Source: Candidatus Marsarchaeota archaeon
GTDB lineage: Archaea > Micrarchaeota > Micrarchaeia > Norongarragalinales > UBA8480
Reading direction: 5' to 3'
Assembly (NCBI GenBank): GCA_023474775.1
Contig: JAMCXP010000048.1
Location: forward strand, 1-31,656
Length of the DNA: 31,656 nucleotides
Program-made: the position numbers and the translations under genes
Notes under the pieces: model-generated
Seen by the model: the letters and a program-made list of their open reading frames with translations, nothing else
Database searches by the model: none
What the model was told of the DNA's origin: nothing
In this document: positions 1 to 8,010 of the stretch, piece after piece
How the letters are laid out: the number at the start of each line of letters is the position of its first letter
Position numbering within the stretch: the first letter of the stretch is position 1

Positions 1-7
1 GACAAGA

Positions 8-1162
8 ATGACCACGCCAGACTTCGTTCCGGCAATGAAAAGAGCGAGCGCAATAGTAACCGACGAGGGAGGGGTGACTTGCCACGCTGCTATAGTTTCA
101 AGAGAATTGGGAGTGCCGTGCATAGTTGGAACAGAAAAAGCAACTGTTGTTTTAAAAGAAGGAGAGATTATAACCGTTGACGCGAGCAACGGAGTTGTAT
201 TGGAAGGAAATGTCGAAAGGCAGCAGCCAATAAAACTTGAAGTACAAGCAGGAGCTGAAAGACTGGTCACAGGAACTAAAATTTACGTCAACCTGGCCGA
301 ACCTGAAAGCGCAGACAAGATAGCCGCACAAAACGTTGACGGTGTTGGCCTGCTGAGAGCAGAGTTCATGATAGCTGGTTTTGGAAAACACCCTAAAAAA
401 CTGTTAAAGGAAGGCAGGCAGGAAGAGTTCATAACAATGCTGGTTAAAGGATTGAGAAAATTCTGCGCCGCCTTCAGCCCAAGACCAATTATCTACAGGG
501 CCACCGATTTCAAAACGAATGAATACAGAAATCTTGAAGGAGGAGCGGAGTTTGAGCCGCAGGAAGACAATCCCATGATTGGATTCAGAGGCTGCTTCAG
601 GTACGTGAAAGACCCTGACGTTTTCAACCTTGAACTTGAAGCAGTTAAAAGAGTAAGAGAGCAGGGATTCAAAAACCTCTGGCTTATGATACCTGTAGTC
701 AGAACAGTTCACGAGTTTAAAATAGTTAAAAACCTTGTTGAAAAAGGTGGGTTGTTTCAATCACATGACTTCAAGCTTGGAATAATGTGCGAAGTACCCT
801 CAACAGTTATTCTGGCGGAAGAGTTCTGCAAGGCAGGGGCTGACTTTTTCAGCATTGGATCCAATGATTTGACTCAATTAACCCTAGGTGTTGACAGGGA
901 CAATCCGATCGTAGCAGAAGATTTTGACGAAAGGGACGAGAGTGTTCTAAGATCAATAGAACATGTAATAAAAACCTGTCATAAATTCGGGGTTAAAGTT
1001 GGTATTTGCGGTCAAGCTCCATCAGAATACAGAGAGTTCGCTGAAAAACTAGTGGAGTTTGGAATAGACAGCATTTCAGTCAATCCTGATGTTATCGATT
1101 CCACCAGACAAGTGGTGGCAAGCGCCGAATTAAAAGTTCTGCTTGACAAAGCCAGAAAATAA
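8..1162 (+). CDS. ppsA: Phosphoenolpyruvate synthase (pyruvate, water dikinase), C-terminal part; 5' end lies outside the window
   Basis: Phospho-His motif TDEGGVTCHAAIVSRELG, plus GVGLLRAEF, EDNPMIGFRG, FSIGSNDLTQ and GICGQAPS; the frame is open to the left edge. Confidence 0.97.
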   Translation: MTTPDFVPAMKRASAIVTDEGGVTCHAAIVSRELGVPCIVGTEKATVVLKEGEIITVDASNGVVLEGNVERQQPIKLEVQAGAERLVTGTKIYVNLAEPESADKIAAQNVDGVGLLRAEFMIAGFGKHPKKLLKEGRQEEFITMLVKGLRKFCAAFSPRPIIYRATDFKTNEYRNLEGGAEFEPQEDNPMIGFRGCFRYVKDPDVFNLELEAVKRVREQGFKNLWLMIPVVRTVHEFKIVKNLVEKGGLFQSHDFKLGIMCEVPSTVILAEEFCKAGADFFSIGSNDLTQLTLGVDRDNPIVAEDFDERDESVLRSIEHVIKTCHKFGVKVGICGQAPSEYREFAEKLVEFGIDSISVNPDVIDSTRQVVASAELKVLLDKARK

Positions 1163-1179
1163 CTATAGCTTTTTTTTTT

Positions 1180-2550
1180 TCAAGATAGTAGACTCGCGCC
1201 TTTTGAAAAAATCTCATGATTTTCCTTTAAACCCTGCAAAGCGCTGCTTGTGCTGACCGCTCTTAAAAGATCTGGAGAGTGCCTCTGCGGTTTTTTTGAT
1301 ATTCTCAACCTTATCTCATCGTTGTTTTTAAGAACTCCGGCCTTGCCTGTGTTTTTATTGTTTATAAACGCACCCTGTACATAATTGCCTAAGTGAAAAG
1401 GATTTTTTAAACCGCCTATATTTTTAGGAAGGTTGAACGCCGCGTCTAAAACAGTTGAGTTTTTAGGAAGGTTTAGAAAATAATCAGCGCCTTCAATGCC
1501 CTGCACTTTCACCCTCACGTTTATCAAATCATACCTGTTAGATTCTTCTATAAGCCGCCATGCTTCTTTCTCCCTATTCTGGTCCATAAACTGATTGGCT
1601 TTCTTTATAACCTCCATTTTAGGGTCAAGCTGCTTGTTTAAACCACTTTTATAGAATGCATGCTTGATATTATCGCTTTCCTGTATTTTATCATGCATCT
1701 CTTTTGTTCTTATTTGAACTTCAAAAGGGGTTTTCTCTCCTTCGATATCGTTTTCCATTATCAAATGAAGCGACTGATACCCGTTCGGCTTTTTATTTTT
1801 AATATAATCCTTCACATCAATAAGCTTTCCATAATCTTTTACAATCTCCCTAATCTTTTCAACATCTTCCATGCTGTTGACTATAATCCTAACTCCAATA
1901 TAATCGTTGATTTTTCTGTCCTTGTAAAAAATACTGGCAGGGCTTTTAACTCTTGCCTCCAATTTGAAGTCTAAGCCAGCATTTTTCATTTTTTCAGTCA
2001 AATCCGTTTTAATTTCATCAAGTTTTCCTTCAAAACCCTGTTTTTCAATGAATTTTTTAATTCTTTCATACTCCTTAGGCTCTTTGACAGCGAAAGCCTT
2101 ATTCTTAATATCATTTGCTATTTCATGCAACCCCATAAGCTCTGCCAGAGGGCCATAAATTCTAAGGATTCTTTCAGCAGCCTCTTTTTTTTGCTTCTCG
2201 CTTGTTTTAGGGTTTGACACTCTTTCTTTTTGATCCATCAATCTCAAAAGAAAAATCTTTGGGTTTATTGTTATATCCTCCAGATTTGACTTGAATTCCT
2301 TCCTCTCCTCGCTTTTATAATGCTGATGGAAATGATGGATGAGCTCCCTCGCCTCCCTGTCAATTTTGTAGTTCTGCTGCGGGATTTCATAGAACTTCAA
2401 CCCGTGAAACAAAGCGGCCGTGATCAAGGCCGGGTCTGCTTTTTTTTCATGAAGCATCTTAGCAGTGTTTATGTAATGACCTGCGTTATTTTTGTACGCG
2501 TCCCTTGCCTGATCTATTTGCTTTTTATACTCTTCATAAAAATCAGTCAT
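1180..2550 (-). CDS. RelA/SpoT homolog: degenerate HD domain, (p)ppGpp synthetase domain and TGS domain
   Basis: Synthetase motifs ARVKSPASIFYK, DYIGVRII, DYIKNKKPNGYQSLH, FEVQIRTKEMH and HAFYK; HD motif reads AALFHG; TGS-like LPKNSTVLDAAF...GAFIN...LKNNDEI. Confidence 0.92.
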   Translation of the reverse strand: MTDFYEEYKKQIDQARDAYKNNAGHYINTAKMLHEKKADPALITAALFHGLKFYEIPQQNYKIDREARELIHHFHQHYKSEERKEFKSNLEDITINPKIFLLRLMDQKERVSNPKTSEKQKKEAAERILRIYGPLAELMGLHEIANDIKNKAFAVKEPKEYERIKKFIEKQGFEGKLDEIKTDLTEKMKNAGLDFKLEARVKSPASIFYKDRKINDYIGVRIIVNSMEDVEKIREIVKDYGKLIDVKDYIKNKKPNGYQSLHLIMENDIEGEKTPFEVQIRTKEMHDKIQESDNIKHAFYKSGLNKQLDPKMEVIKKANQFMDQNREKEAWRLIEESNRYDLINVRVKVQGIEGADYFLNLPKNSTVLDAAFNLPKNIGGLKNPFHLGNYVQGAFINNKNTGKAGVLKNNDEIRLRISKKPQRHSPDLLRAVSTSSALQGLKENHEIFSKGASLLS

Positions 2551-2618
2551 TCATAATTTGTTTTTTAAAAAGCTTTTAAACCCTTCTTTTAATCAGATAA
2601 ATAAGTTGGATGTCTTGA

Positions 2619-3449
2619 CTATTTGAAAGCCTTGCCTCCTGAACCGCAAACTTTAATTCTGCCAATGCAGGTTTTTTTCATAGCCTCCCTAGCCTTTTCA
2701 AGATGAGTTCTGGGGTTTATGTCAGAGTTCTCATCAAGCGATTTTTTAAGCGCCAGAGTGAATGATTTTCTCAACTGAGTGTCCATGTTTATTTTTCTAA
2801 TCCCTAGCTTAACGGCCCTTTTAATCTGAGAGTCGGAAACGCCGGAACTGCCGTGAAGAACCAGCGGTGTTGGAATTTCACTGCTAATCTCCTTTAAAAG
2901 CTTAAAATTAAGCTTGAGCTTTTTTTCACTCCAACCGTGGCTGTTGCCGATGCTGACCGCCAGCGCGTCTGGCTTTGTAAGCCTATAAAAACGCATTGCC
3001 TCTTCAGGGCTGGTGTACCTAGCTTTTTTTTCCTCAACATAATCTTCCTTGCCTGCTAAAGCCCCAATCTCAAGTTCTATTGGAATTCCTCCGCTTATCT
3101 TCTTTGCTTGAAGTGAAATTTTCACGTTCTCATTGAAAGGCTTTGAAGAACCATCCAGCATTATAGAAGTAAAACCGCTTTTAACGCACCTTTTCACAGT
3201 GTCAAGATTCTTGCCATGATCAAGGTGAACGCCTACTGGAATTCTTGTTTTTTTAACCGCCTGCAGTGTGTAAGCAGCGAACTCTTCAAGCCCGGCGTAC
3301 TCAAGAGCGCTTTCAGACGCTTGAATTATAAGCGGTGATTCAGATTCTTCGCCGGCTTGAATTATAGCCTGAACCGTTTCAGTGTTGTAAGCATTAAACG
3401 CCGGAACCGCGTAATCCCCTCTTAATAGCGTTTTAAGCGAGGCCAGCAT
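2619..3449 (-). CDS. fba: Class II (metal-dependent) fructose-1,6-bisphosphate aldolase
   Basis: YAVPAFN, HLDHG, SIMLDGS, ELEIG, AVSIGNSHG, LVLHGSSG, KINMDT. Confidence 0.95.
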   Translation of the reverse strand: MLASLKTLLRGDYAVPAFNAYNTETVQAIIQAGEESESPLIIQASESALEYAGLEEFAAYTLQAVKKTRIPVGVHLDHGKNLDTVKRCVKSGFTSIMLDGSSKPFNENVKISLQAKKISGGIPIELEIGALAGKEDYVEEKKARYTSPEEAMRFYRLTKPDALAVSIGNSHGWSEKKLKLNFKLLKEISSEIPTPLVLHGSSGVSDSQIKRAVKLGIRKINMDTQLRKSFTLALKKSLDENSDINPRTHLEKAREAMKKTCIGRIKVCGSGGKAFK

Positions 3450-3464
3450 TTCTACTCACTAACC

Positions 3465-4535
3465 TTAGAGAAAGTCTATCTCTCCAACGTCAAACTCGTT
3501 CTTTCTCTGCGGTGTTTGTTTAACCTGCTTTCCAAGCATGTACGGGCTTTTAATACCGGTGAAGATTGCTATTGCCTCAAGTTTTCCTTCAAAAGCAGGG
3601 TCCACCCTAGCGCCCCAGATAACGCTGGCGTTTGGATCCACTCTTTCTGTAAGCATCTCTCCAACCTGGTTGCACTCTCCAAGAGTCATGTCGCTTCCCC
3701 CTGTTATATGTATAAGCACTCCAGTAGCTCCAGTGTAGTCAACGTCAAGCAGAGCGTGGTTTAAAGTGTTTTCCACCACCTCCTTAATCCTGTTGGTTCC
3801 CTTTGACTCGCCGACAGCAATCATTGAAACTCCTCCGTTGCTCATAACCGCTTTAACGTCGGCAAAATCAAGATTAATCAAACTTGGAGTGGTTATTGTT
3901 TCCGTTATACCTCTAACTGCTCTTGCTATAACCTCGTCGGCGACATTAAAAGCCTGGTCTATTGGAAGATTAGGGACCAGCTGAACCAAGCGATTGTTAT
4001 CAATAACAATAATAGTGTCAGACTGGTTTTTCAAGTTTTCAAGAGCAACGTCTGCTTTTTCAAGCCTAGCTCTTTCAAGAGCGAAAGGATAAGTAACAAT
4101 AGATATTACTATAGCTCCCTGCTTCTTGGCTATTTCAGCGATTACTGGAGCGCTTCCGCTTCCTGTCCCGCCTCCCATTCCAGCTGTCAGAAAAATCAAG
4201 TCAGCGTTTGACATTATCTTTTCAAGAGCGTCCCTAGAAACATCAGCGGCTTTCATTCCGATTTCAGGGTATCCTCCTGCTCCAAGCCCTCTTGTAATAC
4301 TGGCTCCTATTAAAACTTTTTTAACGCTTTCAGATATTGTTGTCAAGTGAAGCCTGTCAGTGTTGATGGCTACCATATCAGCTCCCTTTATTCCCATTCT
4401 TGCAAGCCTGTTGACAGAATTGCACCCTCCTCCTCCTGTTCCTATAACCATTATTTTAGGAGTTTCAAAAAAATCCTCCCTTTCCTTTTTAACAGACCCT
4501 TTTCCCCTCAAAGCCTCTCCGACAATATCCTCCAT
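3465..4535 (-). CDS. ftsZ: Cell division protein FtsZ (archaeal FtsZ2-like N-terminus MEDIVGEAL)
   Basis: GTGGGGCNSVNR, AINTD, GLGAGG, tubulin signature AGMGGGTGSG, INLDFADV; SD-like AAGGTGA upstream. Confidence 0.98.
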   Translation of the reverse strand: MEDIVGEALRGKGSVKKEREDFFETPKIMVIGTGGGGCNSVNRLARMGIKGADMVAINTDRLHLTTISESVKKVLIGASITRGLGAGGYPEIGMKAADVSRDALEKIMSNADLIFLTAGMGGGTGSGSAPVIAEIAKKQGAIVISIVTYPFALERARLEKADVALENLKNQSDTIIVIDNNRLVQLVPNLPIDQAFNVADEVIARAVRGITETITTPSLINLDFADVKAVMSNGGVSMIAVGESKGTNRIKEVVENTLNHALLDVDYTGATGVLIHITGGSDMTLGECNQVGEMLTERVDPNASVIWGARVDPAFEGKLEAIAIFTGIKSPYMLGKQVKQTPQRKNEFDVGEIDFL

Positions 4536-4538
4536 TTT

Positions 4539-4637
4539 TCATTTCACCTTTGAATTAAATATTGCATATTCCTTTGCTTGTTTTATTTTTAATTCTTTCG
4601 CTTTTTTGTTTTTTTTGCTTTTAATTTTTTTTCCCAT
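4539..4637 (-). CDS. Candidate 32-aa Lys-rich small protein directly upstream of ftsZ (not in the ORF track)
   Basis: Manual translation MGKKIKSKKNKKAKELKIKQAKEYAIFNSKVK*; the stop is 3 nt before the ftsZ ATG; TATA-like AT boxes lie upstream. Confidence 0.45.
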   Translation of the reverse strand: MGKKIKSKKNKKAKELKIKQAKEYAIFNSKVK

Positions 4638-4768
4638 TATTTTTGACTGAAATCTATTTAATACACGCTCGGACCGAAATTACTAATAATTATATAAATT
4701 ATTTTAAGCGATGTTAAAAAAAAAGCATACAGAAAAGGTTAAAATAAAGCAAATTCATTTTTATTCCC

Positions 4769-5041
4769 GGTTTTCAGGATAGCCGGGGGGTTAAGGGTCC
4801 CTTGGAAGCCGCAATCCCTTTGAGCGGGGTGATGAATTGATTGAAGGTTGTTTGTCAACAGTTTTCAACTCCCGTTTAACCGTAGACGTTTTGCCTTGCG
4901 TTACGGGGGAGGTTATGAACCGAGCCAGGTCGGAAGAAGCAACTCTAAGTAATCGCTCCCGTGCTCACAAGTCTACAAAGCCGAGGCGATGCGGGCTGTT
5001 GCCGCTGTTGGCTGCAATCGACTTTCAATCTCCTGAAAACC
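4769..5041 (+). ncRNA. ffs: Archaeal SRP (7S) RNA
   Basis: Helix 8 signature GCCAGGTCGGAAGAAGCAAC at about 4924-4943; Alu-like GCCGGGGGGTTAAGGGTCCC at the 5' end; terminal helix GGTTTTCAGGA (4769-4779) / TCCTGAAAACC (5031-5041), followed by a T-run. Confidence 0.93.
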
Positions 5042-5068
5042 ATTTTTTAAAAAGGTGATTTTTGCTCT

Positions 5069-5899
5069 TTGGACAAAACAGTTGTGACAATGCTTGCGAT
5101 AATAGTTTTCCTCTCGTTTCTTTTAGGATACAGCTCAAGCGTTCCAGGCGCGGTAAGCACGGCGCAGCCTCAACTTCAATCATCAAATTGTTCATTCAAC
5201 TCTTCAAATGTTAAATTGGTTTTAAATTCAACCTACAATTCAACTAGATTTTCAAATTCTATTATAATTCCCTTGGTAGCGGTTTCAAGCTCGGGAGGAG
5301 GGGAGGTGGTAAACCTTACAATAACCGAAAAACCAGGAAGCGGGAAAAGCTTTTTTGATTTCGGCCTTTCCTCGCCTTTAATTGCCAACGAAACGCAGAA
5401 TTCTTTTTCCTACGCTGTTGAAGTCGCCAAAAACTTCGACGCTCAAACCCTTTCGCAATCAAACACAGTAGATTTTTACTATTCTTTTGATTCAAACGTA
5501 AGCGAGGTGGACGGTTACAGCGCTGGACTTGGAGCGACTATTGGAACCATTCTACTGCTTAAAAACGAGTCTTTAATGCCTGGCGTTGGTGTTACAGGTG
5601 GAATTGAATTAAATGGAAGTGTAATCCAGGTGGGTGGAGTTCTAGACAAAGCCCAAGCACTTAAAAAAGCAGGGTTCAACGAGTTTGTAATTCCAGTTGG
5701 GGAAGGAGTGGTGAATATAACTCAAAACTCTACAATGGAAAACTGCACCCATACAATCATAAACGGGCAGGTTTTCAATGATTGTCAAGCTCAAACAATT
5801 TACTCAACAATTCCTGAAAGCGTGGAAAGCACGGTTGGAATAAACGTTGTTGAAGTAAGCGATGTTAAGCAAGCCTACGCCCAGCTTGCAGCGAACTAA
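5069..5899 (+). CDS. Membrane-anchored or secreted S16 (Lon proteolytic domain-like) serine protease
   Basis: N-terminal hydrophobic helix; Lon-type catalytic Ser motif VDGYSAG and Lys motif QVGGVLDKAQA; no AAA+ module; TTG start after the SD AGGTGAT. Confidence 0.85.
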   Translation: MDKTVVTMLAIIVFLSFLLGYSSSVPGAVSTAQPQLQSSNCSFNSSNVKLVLNSTYNSTRFSNSIIIPLVAVSSSGGGEVVNLTITEKPGSGKSFFDFGLSSPLIANETQNSFSYAVEVAKNFDAQTLSQSNTVDFYYSFDSNVSEVDGYSAGLGATIGTILLLKNESLMPGVGVTGGIELNGSVIQVGGVLDKAQALKKAGFNEFVIPVGEGVVNITQNSTMENCTHTIINGQVFNDCQAQTIYSTIPESVESTVGINVVEVSDVKQAYAQLAAN

Positions 5900-5910
5900 A
5901 GTGGTTTTAA

Positions 5911-6516
5911 ATGAACAAAAAAATTTTTCTATTATTCATCCTAACCCTAGGCATTTTAAGCTTTTTAGAAGGGTATTTCTCTTCATCTTCAGGCTCTTTA
6001 ACCTTTTACGCTCCGGCTATAACTACCAACAACGCGGGAGAACTCGTGCCATTCTCGCTTGCAGTCAAACCAGGCTTCGGGAGGGTTTTCGTAAACATTG
6101 AAAACACTCAGTTCGCTTCAGACGTTCAACAGTCATTCCTTTTAGCAAGAAGCGACGCAGAAAAAATATTAGGGGTTAATCTAAACAACTATGATTTTTA
6201 TTTAACAGTCAACGCCAACGGCGGGAGCGTGAGCGGGGAAAGCGCTGGAGCATTGTTCACAAGCGCTATTGTAAGCGTTTTCACAGGAAAGCAGTTGAAC
6301 CAGAAAACAGAGATAAGTGCTATGCTTGCAAGCAACGATTCCCTTCTTCCTGTCGACGGTATTGATGAAAAGATTCTAGCAGCATACGTGGCCGGAAAAA
6401 CAAGATTCATTGTTTCATCCCAGCAGAATATTCCAAACCAGAACGAGCTTCCGGCTGGCATTCAAATAATACGAGTTGATAATGTAAGCCAGGCTGTAAG
6501 CGAAATGCTTTCATGA
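5911..6516 (+). CDS. Second membrane-anchored S16 (Lon proteolytic domain-like) protein, paralog of the upstream gene
   Basis: N-terminal hydrophobic helix; VSGESAGA (Ser) and PVDGIDEKILAA (Lys); KPGFGRVFV. Confidence 0.82.
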   Translation: MNKKIFLLFILTLGILSFLEGYFSSSSGSLTFYAPAITTNNAGELVPFSLAVKPGFGRVFVNIENTQFASDVQQSFLLARSDAEKILGVNLNNYDFYLTVNANGGSVSGESAGALFTSAIVSVFTGKQLNQKTEISAMLASNDSLLPVDGIDEKILAAYVAGKTRFIVSSQQNIPNQNELPAGIQIIRVDNVSQAVSEMLS

Positions 6517-6550
6517 TTTTAATTGTTTTTTTGAATCAAAATAGTAATGC

Positions 6551-6561
6551 TTTTTATATTG
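6551..6561 (+). promoter_or_regulatory. Probable TATA box for a leaderless transcript starting near ATG 6582
   Basis: TTTTTATATTG lies about 21-30 nt upstream of ATG 6582, the usual archaeal spacing. Confidence 0.45.
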
Positions 6562-6581
6562 CTTGTTTCTATCTTTTAACG

Positions 6582-7832
6582 ATGACAACCGAAAAAGCAA
6601 AAAATATTCTGTTCAATCACTTAAATGAGCACACTATTTTTAACATTAAAATTCAAGCGGAAAGAAACAAGTCAAATAATTTCTTCAAATCAGTCCTTGA
6701 AAAAACTGGCGATGATTTAAAAAAAGAAGGAGAGACTGTTGAAAAGGCTGACATCAAAAAATTATTTTACGACAGGGATTACCAAAAACTGTTTGACGAC
6801 AATTCAAAGCTTGTTGAAGATTTTGTCAAGAACCTCAACCAAGAGCAGGTTGACGAGAACTTGTATGGAGATTTAACAGAAGGGGCGAAAAGCATTTTTT
6901 TCAAGTACTTAAGCTCAAACAAAATAGAAGAATATTCAAAAAAAACAGAGGAAAATCTGCTGACTTTCAAAATAGTTTTCATAAACCTGCTGAGAGAATT
7001 GAAGGAAAAAAATGAAAAAGTAAAAGGAGCTCACATTGTAAACAGAATGCTGGAAAAAGAAGTTAACCCCTCTTACTGGAACGACCAGTTAAGCGCTGTC
7101 AAGTCCTTGATTGAGGATATGGAAGGTAAAAAGCAGGAAGCCTTATTTGACGACGAAGAGCTTAAACAGCTTGCAAGCGAAATTCAAATGGTTCTCCCAA
7201 CAGAGGTTTCAAAAGAGCAGATTCAAAAAAGCGTTGAAGCGCAGAAAAAAGAAACGCAGTACTCAAGGTTCATAAAAATGCAACTTAACGTTTCAACCCA
7301 GCTAAGAGGTTTTGAAGGCAATGTTCTTAAAAAAGCATTGGAGGAGAGCGGCAAGGAAGAAAAACTCAAGCAGACCGAGGCTCTTTTAAAAAATCAGAAA
7401 GAAGCCGACACTGGCAAGGAATTACAATCAAAAATACAAACTCTAAGAAATTTAATCGAGTCTGAAAAAAGCTTGAACACATTCCTGCAGGAGCTGGCCA
7501 CTATAAACAGCGTGGACCATGAAAAAGTTTCAATAGTCAAGGTGGAGGGGGAGGTTGAAGGCAAAAAATATAAATTTCCGGCGTTGAAAGTTACATTTAA
7601 AATCGACGCTGAAACTCTAAAAAAACACTTGAAAAACAACGTATACAGCGAGTTGCTGACTCCATACTCGATTGAAGAAAAAAACAACGGAATTGAAATT
7701 CTAAACACTCTTGGAGAAAGAGAACTAGTGTTTAACGGACAAGACTTTACTTTCAATCTTGACATAGAGCCCGGAAAAAGACTTGCAAGGCACGCTGAAA
7801 GACTGAGCGCGCTTAAAAAGTTGATTCAATGA
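6582..7832 (+). CDS. Hypothetical Lys/Glu-rich, largely helical or coiled-coil protein (start set at MTTEK; the ORF track extends to 6513)
   Basis: Long ORF with host-like codon usage; no recognisable motif. Confidence 0.75.
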   Translation: MTTEKAKNILFNHLNEHTIFNIKIQAERNKSNNFFKSVLEKTGDDLKKEGETVEKADIKKLFYDRDYQKLFDDNSKLVEDFVKNLNQEQVDENLYGDLTEGAKSIFFKYLSSNKIEEYSKKTEENLLTFKIVFINLLRELKEKNEKVKGAHIVNRMLEKEVNPSYWNDQLSAVKSLIEDMEGKKQEALFDDEELKQLASEIQMVLPTEVSKEQIQKSVEAQKKETQYSRFIKMQLNVSTQLRGFEGNVLKKALEESGKEEKLKQTEALLKNQKEADTGKELQSKIQTLRNLIESEKSLNTFLQELATINSVDHEKVSIVKVEGEVEGKKYKFPALKVTFKIDAETLKKHLKNNVYSELLTPYSIEEKNNGIEILNTLGERELVFNGQDFTFNLDIEPGKRLARHAERLSALKKLIQ

Positions 7833-7887
7833 AAAAAAGCGCGGAGGGCGGGATTCGAACCCGCGCGGCGCAGATGCACCAATAGCT

Positions 7888-7908
7888 TTCAACAGCTTTT
7901 CTCCAGTT
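7888..7908 (-). other. Canonical 37/38 intron of tRNA-Ser
   Basis: Central helix CTGC/GTTG (one U-U mismatch); removal restores a 7-nt anticodon loop. Confidence 0.78.
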
Positions 7909-7916
7909 TAGCAGGC

Positions 7917-7937
7917 TTACGGATTTTAAAAAGTTTT
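7917..7937 (-). other. Non-canonical tRNA intron at 29/30 of tRNA-Ser
   Basis: Relaxed BHB with central helix GCGG/CCGT. Confidence 0.8.
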
Positions 7938-8010
7938 TACCGCCATAGCCACTAGGCGACCTCCGCATTTAACTTGATTTTGAGCTGAAAAGCTTTTAAT
8001 CCATTCCCTT

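Larger units (their letters stand above)
7840..7966 (-). tRNA. tRNA-Ser(GCT) with two 21-nt introns (29/30 and 37/38)
   Basis: Acceptor stem GCGGAGG/CCTCCGC with G73; T-arm GCGGG-TTCGAAT-CCCGC; long variable arm GGTGC-ATCT-GCGCC; removing 7937-7917 and 7908-7888 gives GTAGC-CTGCTAA-GCTAT; followed by a poly-T run. Confidence 0.88.

Noticed and set aside
4837-5058. 73-aa + strand ORF in the ORF track
   Set aside because: It lies inside the SRP RNA gene and has no protein-like features
7899-7914. A second Ser anticodon-loop-like sequence (CT-GGA-GA) inside tRNA-Ser intron 2, suggesting alternative splicing to Ser(GGA)
   Set aside because: It would need an 8-nt intron, too short for a BHB, and the required central helix pairs poorly
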